Shown here: piece by piece, positions 48,688 to 60,485 of the stretch
Numbering within the stretch: the first letter of the stretch is position 1
How the letters are laid out: each line of letters begins with the position of its first letter
Assembly: GCA_963815115.1 (NCBI GenBank)
Contig: CAWFFN010000005.1
Coordinates: forward strand, 928,001-992,000
Length of the DNA stretch: 64,000 nt
Direction of reading: 5' to 3'
Source of the DNA: an uncultured delta proteobacterium
Lineage (GTDB): Bacteria; Desulfobacterota; Binatia; DP-6
Made by a program: the position numbers and the translations under genes
The notes under the pieces: model-generated
The model's database searches: none
Seen by the model: the letters and a program-made list of their open reading frames with translations, nothing else
Told to the model about the DNA's origin: nothing

Positions 48688-49500
48688 TCAGAGGCCCAGC
48701 ACGTCGCGCATGGAGTAGAGCCCGGGGGGTTGGCCGGCGACCCATCGCGCCGCCCGCAGGGCTCCGCGCGCCAGACACTCGCGGCTCTGGGCCCGATGCG
48801 CCAGCTCGAGGCGCTCCCCGGGACCGCCGAAGACGACGGTGTGGTCTCCCACGGCGTCGCCGGCGCGCAGCGCGACGATGCCGATCTCGCCCGGCGTCCG
48901 CGCCCCCACGAGGCCCTCGCGGGCGAGCACCGCCGTGCGCTCGAAGTCCTGACCGCGGGCCGCGGCCACGGCGCGTCCGAGCGCCAGCGCCGTGCCGCTG
49001 GGCGCGTCGCGCTTGGCGTGGTGGTGGAGCTCCACGATCTCACTCTCGAAGCTCGAGTCGAGGAGCCGGGCGGCCGCGCCCACGAGCTCGGTCAGCACCG
49101 TGACGCCGACGCTGAAGTTGGCGGCGACGACGCTGCGCGTGCGGGCGGCGAGCGCCGACAGCTCGGCGCGCTGGCTCGCATCGAACCCGGTCGTGCCGAC
49201 GACGAGCGCGGCGCCGCGCTCGACCGCGAGCCCGACGTGGCGCAGCGTGGCCTCGGGCACCCCGGTGAAATCCATCAGGACGTGCGCCGGCTCGAGGATC
49301 GCGCCCGCGTCGTCGCCGATGAGCACGCCGATGTCCGCGCCCCCCGCGACGGCGCCCGCGTCCTCGCCCATCCGGGAGTGGCCGGGCGCCTCGACCGCAC
49401 CCACCACCCGCACGGCGGGCTCGTCACGTGCGAGGCCGACCAGGAGCCGTCCCATGCGGCCCGCCGCCCCGCAGACCACGATGGGAGCAGCGTCAGACAA
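48688..49500 (-). CDS. dapB: 4-hydroxy-tetrahydrodipicolinate reductase
   Basis: GAAGRMG, GTTG, ELHHHAKRDAPSGTA. Confidence 0.97.
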   Translation of the reverse strand: MSDAAPIVVCGAAGRMGRLLVGLARDEPAVRVVGAVEAPGHSRMGEDAGAVAGGADIGVLIGDDAGAILEPAHVLMDFTGVPEATLRHVGLAVERGAALVVGTTGFDASQRAELSALAARTRSVVAANFSVGVTVLTELVGAAARLLDSSFESEIVELHHHAKRDAPSGTALALGRAVAAARGQDFERTAVLAREGLVGARTPGEIGIVALRAGDAVGDHTVVFGGPGERLELAHRAQSRECLARGALRAARWVAGQPPGLYSMRDVLGL

Positions 49501-50371
49501 GCTCGTACTCGCGCAGGACCTGCTCGAGCCGCTCGCGATTTCCGGCGACCATGCGGGTGAGCGGCAGCCGGAACTCCTCGGCGCACACGCCCATCAGGGC
49601 GACGGCGGTCTTCACGGGAATCGGGTTCACCTCGAAGCTCATGGTGAGCGCGCGCACCAGCGGGAAGATGTCGGCGGATCGGCGCCGCGCCCGGGGGAGA
49701 TCGCCGGCGAGCAGGGCGTCGGTGATCTCCACCATCCGCCGCGGCACGACGTTGGCGCAGACGGAGACCGCTCCGCCGCCCCCGGCCGCCATGATCGGCA
49801 AGATGGTGGCGTCGTCGCCCGAGTAGACCGTGAAGCCGGGCTCGACCGAGGCGATGATCTCGATCACCTGCGCGATCGAGCCGCTCGATTCCTTGATCCC
49901 GACGATGTTCTCGATCCGCGACAGCCTGGCGATGGTCTCGGGAAGAATGTTCGACGCCGTCCGCGCCGGAATGTTGTAGACCAGGAGCGGCAGCTTCGTC
50001 GCCTCGGCGACGGCCGCATAGTGCTGGTAGATGCCGTCCTGCGTGGGCTTGTTGTAGTAGGGCGACAGGAGCAACGCGCCGGCGGCGCCCACCTCCTCGG
50101 CGGCGCGCGTCAGGCGCACGGCCTCCGCGGTGGAGTTGGAGCCCGTGCCCGCGATCACCGGCGCGCGCCCGCGCGCGAAGCGGATCACCGCCTCCACGAC
50201 CTCGATGTGCTCGTCGTGCGTGAGGGTGGCGGACTCGCCCGTCGAGCCGCAGGGGACCAGACCGTTGACCCCGCCGGCGATCTGCTGCTCCACCAGCTTC
50301 TCGAGGCCGCCGAGATCGAGCTCTCCGTTGCGAAACGGAGTCACCAGTGCCGTCAGGCATCCTCTCCACAT
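49493..50371 (-). CDS. dapA: 4-hydroxy-tetrahydrodipicolinate synthase
   Basis: GSTGES, PYYNKP, YNIP.RT, GIKES, SGDD, NPIPVK. Confidence 0.97.
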   Translation of the reverse strand: MWRGCLTALVTPFRNGELDLGGLEKLVEQQIAGGVNGLVPCGSTGESATLTHDEHIEVVEAVIRFARGRAPVIAGTGSNSTAEAVRLTRAAEEVGAAGALLLSPYYNKPTQDGIYQHYAAVAEATKLPLLVYNIPARTASNILPETIARLSRIENIVGIKESSGSIAQVIEIIASVEPGFTVYSGDDATILPIMAAGGGGAVSVCANVVPRRMVEITDALLAGDLPRARRRSADIFPLVRALTMSFEVNPIPVKTAVALMGVCAEEFRLPLTRMVAGNRERLEQVLREYELV

Positions 50372-50372
50372 G

Positions 50373-51209
50373 TCACACCTCGATGGAGCCCTCGAAGACC
50401 TCGACCGCGTCGCCCGTCATGCGGACGTGGTCGTCGGCTTGCCACTCGATCTCGAGCGGGCCGCCGGGCAGCGCGACCCGAACCCGCCGGCCCGTGCGCC
50501 CGGTACGGGCCGCGGCCACGGCGGCCGCGCACGCCCCCGTCCCGCACGCCAGCGTCTCTCCGGCGCCGCGCTCCCAGACCCGCATGTCGAGCCGTGCGGG
50601 ACTCTCGACGCGGACGAACTCCGTGTTCACGCGGCGAGGAAAGAAGGGATGGTGCTCGAAGCGCGGCCCGAGCACAGCCAGGGGCAGCGACGCGACCTCG
50701 TCGACGAACACCACGCAGTGCGGGTTGCCCATCGAGAGGCACGTGACGCGATACTCCTGCCCGCCGACCTCGAGCGCGCGCTCGACGACCTCGCCGTCGG
50801 CGTCGACGGGGATGCTGCGGCCGTCCCAGACGGGCGTGCCCATGTCCACGGCGACCCGGGCGACGCGGCCGCTCGCCAGCTCCGGCTCCACGACCTTCAC
50901 CCCGGCGTCGGTTTCCACCCGCAGGGGAACCCGGGTGATCAGCCCACGGTCGTGGACGAACTTGGCGAAGCCGCGGATCCCGTTGCCGCACATCTCGGCG
51001 AGGCTGCCGTCGGGATTGAAGATGCGCATGCGGCAATCGGCTCGCACCGAGTCGAGGAGCAGGATGAGACCGTCGGCGCCGATGCCGCGATGGCGGTCGC
51101 AGAGCACCGGGGCGAGCGCCGCCGGGTCGCCGGGCAATCCCCGGCGCGCGTCGACGTAGACGAAATCGTTCGCGGTGCCGTGGAGCTTGGCGAAGGAGAG
51201 CGTGGTCAT
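50373..51209 (-). CDS. dapF: Diaminopimelate epimerase
   Basis: KLHGTANDF, GIGADG, EMCGNG, GNPH, ERGAGETLACGTGACA. Confidence 0.97.
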   Translation of the reverse strand: MTTLSFAKLHGTANDFVYVDARRGLPGDPAALAPVLCDRHRGIGADGLILLLDSVRADCRMRIFNPDGSLAEMCGNGIRGFAKFVHDRGLITRVPLRVETDAGVKVVEPELASGRVARVAVDMGTPVWDGRSIPVDADGEVVERALEVGGQEYRVTCLSMGNPHCVVFVDEVASLPLAVLGPRFEHHPFFPRRVNTEFVRVESPARLDMRVWERGAGETLACGTGACAAAVAAARTGRTGRRVRVALPGGPLEIEWQADDHVRMTGDAVEVFEGSIEV

Positions 51210-51240
51210 CTCGGGAGCGGCGCCTGCGTGGCGTGCTCCG

Positions 51241-51269
51241 TCATTACTGCCCCGCCCGAGGAGGGTCAA
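51241..51269 (-). promoter_or_regulatory. Putative internal promoter for dapF-dapA-dapB (TTGACC-N17-TAATGA)
   Basis: Read directly in the 102-nt gap upstream of dapF. Confidence 0.5.
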
Positions 51270-51311
51270 CCTTGAAACCCCGATCCGCCGCGCGATGTCA
51301 CGTGGAGCGCG

Positions 51312-51737
51312 TCACGGCGGGGTGAAGGTCACCTCGACCGGCCCGGCGGGCTTGCTGCGATAGCCGTCGAGCGTGTAGCCGATGACGCGATAGCGATAGC
51401 TCGCGCCGGGAGCTGCGCTCGCATCCGTCCACTCCAGCCTGCGGTTCTGCCGGAAGCGCTGCTCGTCGCTGAGCTGGAAGTCGCCGATTCGGACGAACGC
51501 TTCCGGGCCGGCGCCCTTGGGGGCACGCTCGATCTCGAAGCCGCCGAGGTCGTTCATGCGCTTGCCGCCGGTGTACTCCGAGGGTCGGCGCCAGACGAGC
51601 TGCACGCCGCCGGTCGTCGAGGTGGCCGTGAGGGCGGTTGCCTCGCGCGGCTGCACCAGCTCGGGGGCGAGCGGCGGCGTCTTGTTGCCGCAGGCCGCGA
51701 GCAGCAGCACGACCGACAGGATCGCGGCGGTTCTCAC
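51312..51737 (-). CDS. Lipoprotein (LppL/YifL-like N-terminus + FN3-like domain)
   Basis: GTG start overlapping argH stop; LLLAACGNKTPP lipobox; V.L.W..P, Y.YRV. Confidence 0.85.
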   Translation of the reverse strand: MRTAAILSVVLLLAACGNKTPPLAPELVQPREATALTATSTTGGVQLVWRRPSEYTGGKRMNDLGGFEIERAPKGAGPEAFVRIGDFQLSDEQRFRQNRRLEWTDASAAPGASYRYRVIGYTLDGYRSKPAGPVEVTFTPP

Positions 51738-53143
51738 GCGCGCACCTCGCGGGCCGCGCGCGCGAGCTGGCGGCGCACCTCGACCGGCGCCGTGCCGCCG
51801 ACGACCCGGCGGCGGGCGATCGAGCGCTGCGGGGTCAGCGCGCGGACGAGCGCCGGGTCGAGACGGGGCGCGTGGCGCCGGAGCGTGGCGTCGTCGAGAT
51901 CGCGCAGCGCGGTGCCGGTGGCGAGACAGTGGCGCACGAGGCCGCCGACCATCTCGTGCGCGCGGCGAAACGGCACGCCGCGCTCGACCAGCAGGTCGGC
52001 CAGGTCGGTGGCGAGCAGCAGGCCGTCGGCGGCGCCGGCCATGCGCGCGGTGTCGAAGTCGAGCGCCGGCAGCATGGCGCCGAGTATCCCGAGGCTGCCG
52101 CGAACCGTGGATGCGGCGTCGAAGACCAGCGGCTTGTCCTCCTGCAGGTCGCGGTTGTACGCCAGCGGCAGGCCTTTCAGCGTGGTGAGGAGCGCGACCA
52201 GCGCGCCCACCACCCGGCCGGTACGCCCCCGCACCAGCTCGGCGACGTCGGGATTCTTCTTCTGCGGCATCATCGAGCTGCCGGTGGCGAAGGCGTCGGG
52301 CAGGTGGACGAAGCCGAACTCCTCGCTCGCCCACAGCACCAGCTCCTCCGCGAGCCGGCTCAGGTGCACGGCGGCGATCGCGGCCGCGGCGAGGAACTCG
52401 GCGGCGGCGTCGCGGTCGCCGACCGTATCGATGCTGTTGCGCGACACGCGCGCAAAGCCGAGGAGGCGGGCGACGTAGGCGCGGTCGAGGGGAAACCCTG
52501 GCCCCGCGAGCGCGCCGGCGCCGAGCGGCAGCTCGTCCGCCCGCGCCCGGCAGTCGCGGAAGCGGCCGCGATCGCGGCCGAGCATCTCGTGGTAGGCGAG
52601 GAAGTGGTGCGCCAGGAGGACCGGCTGCGCGCGCTGCAGGTGGGTATAGCCCGGCAGGACGGCCGTGACGTGGCGCCGCGCGACGGCGACGAGCGCGCCC
52701 TGGAGCCGGGCCAGGTCGCGGTCGATGGCGTCGCACTCCGCCCGCAGCCAGAGGCGGAGGTCGAGCGCCACCTGGTCGTTGCGGCTCCGGCCCGTGTGCA
52801 GCTTGCCGCCGACGGGACCGACCAGCTCGGTGAGCCGCCGCTCGACGGCCATGTGGATGTCCTCGTCCACCGGCCGGAAGCGGAAGCGGCCGCCGTCGAG
52901 CTCCGCGAGGACGCGCCGGAGGCCGGCGTCGAGCCGGCGACCCTCGGCCGGCGAGAGGAGCTTTGCCCGCACCAGCGCGCGTACGTGCGCGCGGCTGCCG
53001 GCGATGTCGTGCGGGTAGAGCACGCGATCCACCGCGAGCGAGGCGGTGAAGTCCTCGACGATGCGCGCGGTCGGCGCCTCGAAGCGCCCGGCCCACGCCT
53101 TCGCAGCGGAACGACCGCGCCGGGCGGCCGGCCGCCGGCTCAT
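51734..53143 (-). CDS. argH: Argininosuccinate lyase
   Basis: [46 protein letters not shown]. Confidence 0.98.
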   Translation of the reverse strand: MSRRPAARRGRSAAKAWAGRFEAPTARIVEDFTASLAVDRVLYPHDIAGSRAHVRALVRAKLLSPAEGRRLDAGLRRVLAELDGGRFRFRPVDEDIHMAVERRLTELVGPVGGKLHTGRSRNDQVALDLRLWLRAECDAIDRDLARLQGALVAVARRHVTAVLPGYTHLQRAQPVLLAHHFLAYHEMLGRDRGRFRDCRARADELPLGAGALAGPGFPLDRAYVARLLGFARVSRNSIDTVGDRDAAAEFLAAAAIAAVHLSRLAEELVLWASEEFGFVHLPDAFATGSSMMPQKKNPDVAELVRGRTGRVVGALVALLTTLKGLPLAYNRDLQEDKPLVFDAASTVRGSLGILGAMLPALDFDTARMAGAADGLLLATDLADLLVERGVPFRRAHEMVGGLVRHCLATGTALRDLDDATLRRHAPRLDPALVRALTPQRSIARRRVVGGTAPVEVRRQLARAAREVRA

Positions 53144-54375
53144 CTGGGGGTGCTCTTGGTGGCGCCTTTGGCGCCGCGCTCGACCAGCGCCCGGATGCGG
53201 AGCCGCAGCCCGGAGAGCCGGATGAAGCCGCTCGCGTCCGCCTGCTGATAGCCGCCCGCCTCGTCGAAGCTCGCCAGCTTCGGATCGTACAGCGAGCGTG
53301 GCGCCGCGCGGCCGACCGTACGCACGCTTCCCTTGTAGAGTCGCAGCCGCGCCGTGCCCGTGACCGCGCGGGCGGCATCGTCGACGGCTGCCTGGAGCAT
53401 CGAGCGTTCGGGAGCGAACCAGTAGCCGTAGTACACCAGCTCGGCGTAGCGCGGTGCCAGCGAGTCACGCAGATGCAGCACCTCGCGGTCGAGGGTGAGC
53501 GACTCGACGGCCTGGAACGCCTGACGCAGGACCGTACCGCCCGGCGTCTCGTAGACGCCGCGCGACTTGAGGCCGACGTAGCGGTTCTCGACCAGGTCGA
53601 CCCGGCCGACGCCGTGCGCCCCCGCGATGGTGTTCAGGCGGGCGAGCAGGGCCGCGGGCGACAGACGCTCGCCGTCGACCGCCACCGGCACGCCGCTCTC
53701 CAGCTCGACCTCGATCTCCTGCGCCCGGTCCGGCGCCTGCTCCGGCGCGACCGTGAGCTGAAACATGTCGTCGTAGGGCGCGCGCATGGGATCCTCGAGG
53801 ATGCCGCCCTCGTAGCTCACGTGTAGCAGGTTGCGGTCGCTGGAGTACGGTTTCTCGGCGGTGACCGTGATGGGAATGCGCTGGGCATCGGCATAGGCGA
53901 CGAGATCGGCGCGTCCCTTGAAGTCCCACTCGCGCCACGGGGCGATCACCGTCAGCTCGGGACCGAGGGCGGCGAACGTGAGCTCGAAGCGGACCTGGTC
54001 GTTGCCCTTGCCCGTGGCCCCGTGCGCCACGGCGTCGGCGCCTTCGGCGTGCGCGATCTCGACCTGTCGCTTCGCGATCAGCGGACGGGCGATCGACGTG
54101 CCGAGAAGATACTGGCCCTCGTAGATCGCGCCGGCGCGGAACATCGGGAACACGAAGTCGCGCACGAACTCCTCGCGCAGGTCCTCGACGATGCACTTCG
54201 TGGCCCCGGTGGCACGCGCCTTCGCGTCGAGCCCGTCGAGCTCCTCCGCCTGGCCCAGATCGGCGCAGAAGGCGATCACCTCGGCCTGGTAGCGGTCGAC
54301 GAGCCAGCGCAGGATCACGGAGGTGTCGAGCCCGCCCGAGTAGGCGAGCACGATGCGGCGAACCGTGGCGCCCAT
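53140..54375 (-). CDS. argG: Argininosuccinate synthase
   Basis: [39 protein letters not shown]. Confidence 0.98.
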   Translation of the reverse strand: MGATVRRIVLAYSGGLDTSVILRWLVDRYQAEVIAFCADLGQAEELDGLDAKARATGATKCIVEDLREEFVRDFVFPMFRAGAIYEGQYLLGTSIARPLIAKRQVEIAHAEGADAVAHGATGKGNDQVRFELTFAALGPELTVIAPWREWDFKGRADLVAYADAQRIPITVTAEKPYSSDRNLLHVSYEGGILEDPMRAPYDDMFQLTVAPEQAPDRAQEIEVELESGVPVAVDGERLSPAALLARLNTIAGAHGVGRVDLVENRYVGLKSRGVYETPGGTVLRQAFQAVESLTLDREVLHLRDSLAPRYAELVYYGYWFAPERSMLQAAVDDAARAVTGTARLRLYKGSVRTVGRAAPRSLYDPKLASFDEAGGYQQADASGFIRLSGLRLRIRALVERGAKGATKSTPR

Positions 54376-54503
54376 GGAGGATCGCCTCCTAGCACAGGCC
54401 ATGAGCATCGACCAACGCGGGACTCGCCCTGCTCTCTACGTCGTGCTGCGCGCCGTCCGCGAGGACGCGCGCTGGCTGTCCACTCGCGCCTGAGCGCCCT
54501 GGT

Positions 54504-55433
54504 TCAGCGTGCGGGATCGTCCGCCGCCGTCGTCGCGCCGGCGAGCCATGCCATGACGGCCTTCTGCGCGTGCAGGCGGTTCTCGGCCTGATCGAAGACG
54601 ACGGAGCGCGGTCCGTCGATGACCGCGTCGGTGATCTCCTCGCCGCGATGGGCCGGCAGGCAGTGCATCACCAGCACCTCCGGACCCGCGAGGGCGACGA
54701 GCCGCTCGTTCACCTGGTACTGGCGAAAGGCGCGCCGGCGGGCGGCGGCCTCGCTCTCCTGACCCATGCTGGTCCACACGTCGGTGTAGATCACGTCGGC
54801 CCCGCGGACCGCCGCCTCGACGTCGTGCGTGACCGTCGCGGAAGCCCCCGCCTCGGCGGTGATGGCGGGGTCGGGCTCGTAGCCACGGGGACAGGCGAGC
54901 ACGAAGTCGAACCCGAGGCGCGCAGCCGCGTCCATCCACGAGTGTGCCATGTTGTTGCCGTCTCCGACGAAGACGACGCGAAGCCCGTCGACGTGGCCGC
55001 GGTGCTCGAGGAGAGTCAGGCAGTCCGACAGGACCTGGCAGGGATGATGGAGATCCGAGAGCCCGTTGATGACGGGCACCCGCGCGGCGTGTGCGAGGTC
55101 CGTGACGCTCTGATGGAGGAACACGCGCGCCATGATGAGATCGACCCAGCGCTCGAGGTTGCGCGCGATGTCGCCCGCCGTCTCGCGCTCGCCGAACTGG
55201 ATGTCGCCCGGCGCGAGACTGATGGCCGCGCCGCCGAGCTGCACCATGCCGACCTCGAACGTCACCCGCGTCCGGAGGCTCGGCTTCTCGAAGATCATCG
55301 CCAGGGTGCGTCCCGGTAGCAGCGCGTGCGGCCGGCGCGCGCGCAGGTCGGCTTTCAGGCGGCGCGCCAGGGCGAGGATGGCGTCGATCTCCGGCGTGGA
55401 GAGATCCGCGATGCGGAGCAGATCGCGCTTCAT
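54504..55433 (-). CDS. argF: Ornithine carbamoyltransferase
   Basis: FEKPSLRT, HPCQ, GDGNN, DVWTSMG, HCLP. Confidence 0.97.
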   Translation of the reverse strand: MKRDLLRIADLSTPEIDAILALARRLKADLRARRPHALLPGRTLAMIFEKPSLRTRVTFEVGMVQLGGAAISLAPGDIQFGERETAGDIARNLERWVDLIMARVFLHQSVTDLAHAARVPVINGLSDLHHPCQVLSDCLTLLEHRGHVDGLRVVFVGDGNNMAHSWMDAAARLGFDFVLACPRGYEPDPAITAEAGASATVTHDVEAAVRGADVIYTDVWTSMGQESEAAARRRAFRQYQVNERLVALAGPEVLVMHCLPAHRGEEITDAVIDGPRSVVFDQAENRLHAQKAVMAWLAGATTAADDPAR

Positions 55434-56617
55434 GCCGCGGCGAGGGCACCGTCGAGAATCTCGAGGGCTTCGTCGATCTCGTCGGCGGTGACGATGAGCG
55501 GGGGCGTCAGCCGCAGGACGCGCTCGGCCGTGCAGTTGATCAGCAGTCCGCCCTCGCGGCAGCGCGAGACGACGTCGCCGCCGGGGCCGTCGAGCAGGAG
55601 GCCCTGCATGAGGCCGAGCCCGCGCACCTGCCGAACCTGCCGATGGCGCGCGGCGCGGCGCTCGAGGCCGTCGCGCAGCCGCCGCCCCGTCGAGTTCGCG
55701 TGGGCGAGGAAGTCGCGTCCGGCGATCGTCTCGAGCGCAGCCACCGCCGCGGCGCAGGCGAGCGGGTTGCCGCCGAAGGTGGTGCCGTGCGCTCCGGGCG
55801 TGAAGGCGGCGGCGATGCGCTCGGTGGTGCAGAGCGCGCCGATCGGCACGCCGCCCCCGAGCGCCTTGGCGAGCGCCATGATGTCGGGAGCGACACCGGT
55901 GTGCTCGTAGGCGAAGAGCTTCCCGGTACGGCCCATGCCGGTCTGGATCTCGTCGTAGACGAGGAGGAGATCACGCCGTTCGGCAAGCGCGCGCAGGCCC
56001 TGGAGGTAGTCCGGCCGCGGGACGACCACGCCGCCTTCGCCCTGGATGGGCTCGATCATGATCGCGACGGTCTCGGGTGCGACCGCGGCCTCCATGGCGT
56101 CCAGATCGTCGTAGGGCACGAGCCGCACGCCCGGCAGAAGGGGGAAGTAGCCGCGGTGGTACTTCTCCTGCCCGGTGGCGCTGAGCGCGCCGAAGGTGCG
56201 GCCGTGGAACGAACCGTGGGTCGCGAGGATCTCGTAACGCCCGCCGCCCATCTCGGCGCCCCAGCGCCGCGCCAGCTTCATCGCCGCCTCGACGGCCTCG
56301 GTGCCGCTGTTGCACAGGAACACCCGCTCGGCGAACGAGTGGCGGCAGAGCAGTCCGGCGAGCTCGCCTTCGATCGCGGTGTGGTAGTGGTTGGAGACGT
56401 GCAGCAGCTCGCCGGCCTGACGGCGAATCGCCTCCACCACCGCGGGGTGGCAATGACCGAGGCTGTTCACGGCCACGCCGGCGAAGAAGTCCAGGTACCG
56501 CTTGCCGTCGACATCCCAGACCGAGCACCCCTGCCCCCTGGCGATGGCCAGGGGCTGCCGCGCGTAGAGCCCGATCTCGTGTGCGGCGTTGCGGGCGAAG
56601 ACCTCGGCGCTGGTCAT
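55430..56617 (-). CDS. argD: Acetylornithine aminotransferase
   Basis: [45 protein letters not shown]. Confidence 0.96.
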   Translation of the reverse strand: MTSAEVFARNAAHEIGLYARQPLAIARGQGCSVWDVDGKRYLDFFAGVAVNSLGHCHPAVVEAIRRQAGELLHVSNHYHTAIEGELAGLLCRHSFAERVFLCNSGTEAVEAAMKLARRWGAEMGGGRYEILATHGSFHGRTFGALSATGQEKYHRGYFPLLPGVRLVPYDDLDAMEAAVAPETVAIMIEPIQGEGGVVVPRPDYLQGLRALAERRDLLLVYDEIQTGMGRTGKLFAYEHTGVAPDIMALAKALGGGVPIGALCTTERIAAAFTPGAHGTTFGGNPLACAAAVAALETIAGRDFLAHANSTGRRLRDGLERRAARHRQVRQVRGLGLMQGLLLDGPGGDVVSRCREGGLLINCTAERVLRLTPPLIVTADEIDEALEILDGALAAA

Positions 56618-57492
56618 GCCCGCGCCAGACGGCGGCGCGGGCGGCGCGCGGCGCCGCTCAGCACCTCGGTGCCCACACCCTGGCTGGTGAGCACCTCGAG
56701 CAGCAGCGCGTGCTTCACCCGCCCGTCGATCACGTGCGCCTGCTTCACGCCCCCACGCAGCGCCTCCATGCAGCACTCGATCTTCGGGATCATGCCGCCG
56801 TCGACGACACCCTCCGCGATCAGCTCGCGTGCCTCGTCGGTGGAGAGCGTGGAGATGAGCGTGCCGTCGCGGCCCTTCACGCCTTCGACGTCGGTCAGGA
56901 GGATGAGCTTCTCCGCGTGGAGCGCCTCGGCGATCTTCCCCGCCACCAGGTCGGCATTGATGTTGAACGTCTGGCCGTCCGAGTCGGCGGCGGTGGGGGC
57001 GATGACCGGCACGAAGCCCGCGAGCGATTCGATCACCTGCGGGTTCACGCCCACGACCTCGCCGACCAGCCCGAGATCCACCGCGCCGCTGCGCTTCCGG
57101 GCGACGACGAGCTCGCCGTCCTTGCCCGAGAGCCCGACGGCGCGCGCGCCGTGACGGTTGAGCAGCGCGACGATCTCACCGCTGATGCTCCCGGCAAGCA
57201 CCTGCTCGACGATCTCCATCGTGGCCGAGTCGGTCACCCGCATGCCGCGCACGAAGCGCGGCTCGATGCCCGCCTGGCGGACGGCGGCGTCGATCTGCGG
57301 CCCGCCGCCGTGGACGATCACGGGGTTCATGCCGACGTACTTGAGGAGCGCCACGTCCTGGGCGAACGCGTCCTTCAGGTCGTCGCGCTCCATGGCATGG
57401 CCGCCGTACTTGATGACCAGGATCTTCCCGGAGAAGCGGCGGATGTACGGCAGCGCCTCGAGGAGCACCTCGGCCTTATCCACCGGATCCAC
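56614..57492 (-). CDS. argB: Acetylglutamate kinase
   Basis: EALPYI, VIKYGG, VHGGGP, NINAD, GGMIPK; GTG start. Confidence 0.96.
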   Translation of the reverse strand: MDPVDKAEVLLEALPYIRRFSGKILVIKYGGHAMERDDLKDAFAQDVALLKYVGMNPVIVHGGGPQIDAAVRQAGIEPRFVRGMRVTDSATMEIVEQVLAGSISGEIVALLNRHGARAVGLSGKDGELVVARKRSGAVDLGLVGEVVGVNPQVIESLAGFVPVIAPTAADSDGQTFNINADLVAGKIAEALHAEKLILLTDVEGVKGRDGTLISTLSTDEARELIAEGVVDGGMIPKIECCMEALRGGVKQAHVIDGRVKHALLLEVLTSQGVGTEVLSGAARRPRRRLARA

Positions 57493-57633
57493 CAGGGGTT
57501 TATGCCTCGCAGCGGGAGAGGGTACAACCCGCGGGCGGTACGCCCGATCGCGTGCTCGCCGGTCGGATGCCGCGCCGGCCACACAGACGCGCGTGCGGGC
57601 GGCCCTCGCGTCCATGCGCAGTCGAGGACTCGG

Positions 57634-59988
57634 TCAGTTCTGCTCGAGCGCGATGGTCGCGGCGTTCAGGTTCGTGGTGCTCCCGCCAGACAGGTTCGTG
57701 GAGCCAGCAAAGATCCCCAGGTCGACGGCGGAGGTGCTCAGGTTGTCACTCTTGGAGACGGTGTTGGGGGTGGCGGAGCCGGCCTGCACGCTGCACGTCA
57801 GGGTACCGGCCGTGCTCCAGTTCACGATGAGCGTGTACTCGGTGTTCACGACCACGGATGAGCTGGGGACGGTTAGACACGTGGCGGTGGTCCCGGCACC
57901 GCTGCAGCAGCGCCAGACGTTTCCAGGGCTGACGCTGGTGTCGAAGCCGACTCCGACGAAGGTGAGGCTGGTGGCGCCGCTGTCCGCCATCGTCTGAGTC
58001 GTCAAGGCCGCGGAGGCCAGGGCGAACCACACGCGACGATTGGCGGTGCCATCGATGTACAGCACGCCGTCCAGCTCCGGCCGATAGCTCGGTCGCGTGA
58101 GCGTGAAGGGACCGCTCAGCCCGGAGAGCGTGTTCACCGTGGTCGTGCCATTCGCGACCCTGAGATACATGCGCGTCGCACCGGTGAGCCCAGGCTGCGC
58201 CGTCACGGTTCCGGAGATGTTCGGGGAGCCCGTCGGCCCCGTGATCCCGATGGCGGTGACCGTTGCCACGTTGGTCGAGGCTGCCACGTACTCTCCAACG
58301 CGGCGCCCGGCTGGGGGCCCGGCTGTTCCCTGAGAACCGGTCGCGCCGGTTGCGCCAGCTGTCCCGGTGGACCCGGTGGCGCCGGTGGACCCGGTCGCTC
58401 CCGTCGTTCCGGCGACCCCTGTGGCACCGGTCGGGCCGATCGGACCTTGAGACCCGGTTCCACCCGTTGCACCGACCACGCCCTGCGATCCGGTCGCGCC
58501 GGTGGCGCCCGCCGTACCGGTTGCCCCGGTGGCGCCTGTGGACCCGGTCGCTCCCACCGTGCCGGTGGCACCCGTGGCACCGGTGGATCCGGTTGCTCCT
58601 GTCGTGCCGGTGGCGCCCGTCGCGCCGGCGATTCCTTGCGTGCCCGTGTTGCCGGTCGCTCCGGTTGGCCCGATCACGCCCTGAGGTCCGGTTCCACCGG
58701 TGGCGCCGACGGCGCCCTGCGATCCGGTTGCGCCTGTCGGTCCGACGACGCCCGTGGTCCCCGTCGCGCCGGTCGCGCCGACGAGGCCCTGCGCACCGGT
58801 GGTGCCCGTGGCGCCGGTTGGCCCGATGAGCCCCTGCAAACCCGTTGGACCCGTCGGCCCGATCGTGCCCTGCGGACCGGTGGGCCCGATCTCACCCTGC
58901 GCGCCGGTCGCGCCGCTCGGTCCGACGACGCCAGTGGCGCCCGTCGCGCCGGTCGTGCCGACGAGGCCCTGCGCACCAGTGGTGCCCGTGGCGCCGGTGG
59001 GCCCGATGAGCCCCTGCGGCCCGATGGTACCCGTGGGCCCGATCGTCCCCTGCGGACCGGTGGGCCCGATCTGGCCCTGTGGGCCGGTCGCGCCGCTCGG
59101 CCCGACGACGCCAGTGGCCCCCGTCGTCCCGGTTGCCCCTGTGGCGCCGACGAGGCCCTGTGCACCCGTGTTACCGCTCGGGCCCTCCGGTCCGGTCGCC
59201 CCGGTAGGTCCGGTTGGACCGGTCGCTCCGGTCGGTCCAGTGGATCCACTGGGACCGGTGACTCCGGTCGCGCCGCTGATGCCCGTTGTTCCGGGAATTC
59301 CTTGCGGTCCGGTTGATCCCGTTGGCCCCGGCGTGCTGCTCGCACCGGTCGGACCTGGTGCGCCCGTGGCGCCCGTCGGCCCCGTCGAACCCTCCAGCCC
59401 TGTCGCTCCTGTCGGGCCCTCGGGAGTGGGTTTCATTTCGTAGCTGATGAAGAGCTGCGGCGTCCGGGCCAGGTCCTCCTGACTCGCGAAGATCACCCGC
59501 ATGGGCGACGCGCGCAGCGCGACGCCGTAGTTCTGCGACGGAGTCGTGACCCATTGCTGCACCAGTTGCGTGATGTCCCAGGCCACCGCTCGTCGTGGCG
59601 CGTTCGCCAGCACGGTGGTCGTGGACTCCGCCGTGGAATCGATGGGTGGAGGCGCGACCCCGCTGACCGTGTCCTCGTCCCACGGGCCCAGCACAGCCGA
59701 GACCGAGACCGTCGCCTGCGGCGGATTGCCCTTCGGCACCATCCGCAGGACGGCCTGGACGATCGTGGTGTCGGGCGTGAGACACGTGAGGTCGAACTTG
59801 ACGAGGATCGTCCGGAGGCGCCCGGTGAGGAGCTTGCGCGCCTGGCCGTTCTTGCGCGGCGAGCCGTCGCGAATCCACGTGTCGTCGGTTGGCGTGAGCG
59901 TCGTGCTCGGGTTCGCCCAGCCTCGCGCGGGAAGAACGAGGAGAGCGAGCAGCATCGCCGCCTTCCTGCCGGCACCGACCCGCGACAC
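57634..59988 (-). CDS. Secreted collagen-like protein: DNRLRE/CBM96-like N-domain, ~120 Gly-X-Y triplets, beta-rich C-domain (start uncertain, 59955-60078)
   Basis: Signal [13 protein letters not shown]; DDTWI, LVKFDL, W.E..V, WDIT.LVQ.W...NYG; long GATG/GPTG/GPQG tract. Confidence 0.88.
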   Translation of the reverse strand: MSRVGAGRKAAMLLALLVLPARGWANPSTTLTPTDDTWIRDGSPRKNGQARKLLTGRLRTILVKFDLTCLTPDTTIVQAVLRMVPKGNPPQATVSVSAVLGPWDEDTVSGVAPPPIDSTAESTTTVLANAPRRAVAWDITQLVQQWVTTPSQNYGVALRASPMRVIFASQEDLARTPQLFISYEMKPTPEGPTGATGLEGSTGPTGATGAPGPTGASSTPGPTGSTGPQGIPGTTGISGATGVTGPSGSTGPTGATGPTGPTGATGPEGPSGNTGAQGLVGATGATGTTGATGVVGPSGATGPQGQIGPTGPQGTIGPTGTIGPQGLIGPTGATGTTGAQGLVGTTGATGATGVVGPSGATGAQGEIGPTGPQGTIGPTGPTGLQGLIGPTGATGTTGAQGLVGATGATGTTGVVGPTGATGSQGAVGATGGTGPQGVIGPTGATGNTGTQGIAGATGATGTTGATGSTGATGATGTVGATGSTGATGATGTAGATGATGSQGVVGATGGTGSQGPIGPTGATGVAGTTGATGSTGATGSTGTAGATGATGSQGTAGPPAGRRVGEYVAASTNVATVTAIGITGPTGSPNISGTVTAQPGLTGATRMYLRVANGTTTVNTLSGLSGPFTLTRPSYRPELDGVLYIDGTANRRVWFALASAALTTQTMADSGATSLTFVGVGFDTSVSPGNVWRCCSGAGTTATCLTVPSSSVVVNTEYTLIVNWSTAGTLTCSVQAGSATPNTVSKSDNLSTSAVDLGIFAGSTNLSGGSTTNLNAATIALEQN
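58315..59418 (-). repeat. Gly-X-Thr/Gln collagen repeat with internal 180-nt block duplication
   Basis: Lines 58801/58981, 58861/59041 and 58921/59101 are near-identical at 180-nt offset. Confidence 0.92.
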
Positions 59989-60420
59989 GGCGGGGGTTGT
60001 ACGCGATGTTCCGCAGAGTTCAACCGAAACCTCACAAAGCAGACATCCGAGTTCGGGGTATCGACAGCGGTGAGTCATTCTCGATCGAATGGATTCCACC
60101 AACGCGGCCGTGAGCGTGTGCCCAACGCGATGCGCTCCGATGGTCGTCCATCGCCGTCGTGAGGCGCTCGGCCGCCGTCGCCGCGAGGTTCGTCTCGGCA
60201 TGTATGATAGATTGCAACCCCTCTACCTGGCAGCGGATCGGACGCGGGAAGGGCGCTGACACGGGAGTACTGTGGGCGATCCGGAGCTGCCAACCGAGTG
60301 TTGCAATGGCGCAGCCCTCACGCGCGCCTGATCCGCCCGGCCCTTTGGTCGTAGGACGAACGTCGGCCTCGTGACGCCGACAAGGCTTGATTCCGTTGAC
60401 AGTCGCCCGCGATGCCGCTG

Positions 60421-60436
60421 GGGCACGGTTCCTGCT
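60421..60436 (+). promoter_or_regulatory. Putative sigma54 promoter GGGCACG-N4-CTGCT
   Basis: -24 GG and -12 GC at correct spacing, 50 nt before ATG 60486. Confidence 0.6.
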
Positions 60437-60485
60437 GTGATCCCCGAGGCCGTTTCGGCTTGCAGGCCGGGGAGGGGCGACCACG

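Noticed and set aside
45495-49103. Very long ORFs such as 45495..49103 (+,1202 aa), 3741..6650, 30363..33419, 27411..29987 and 36096..38540
   Set aside because: Antisense or off-frame shadows of well-supported genes; Arg/Ala/Gly-rich, as expected in high-GC DNA
58700-59443. PV/PVA-repeat ORFs on the + strand
   Set aside because: Antisense reading of the collagen repeat
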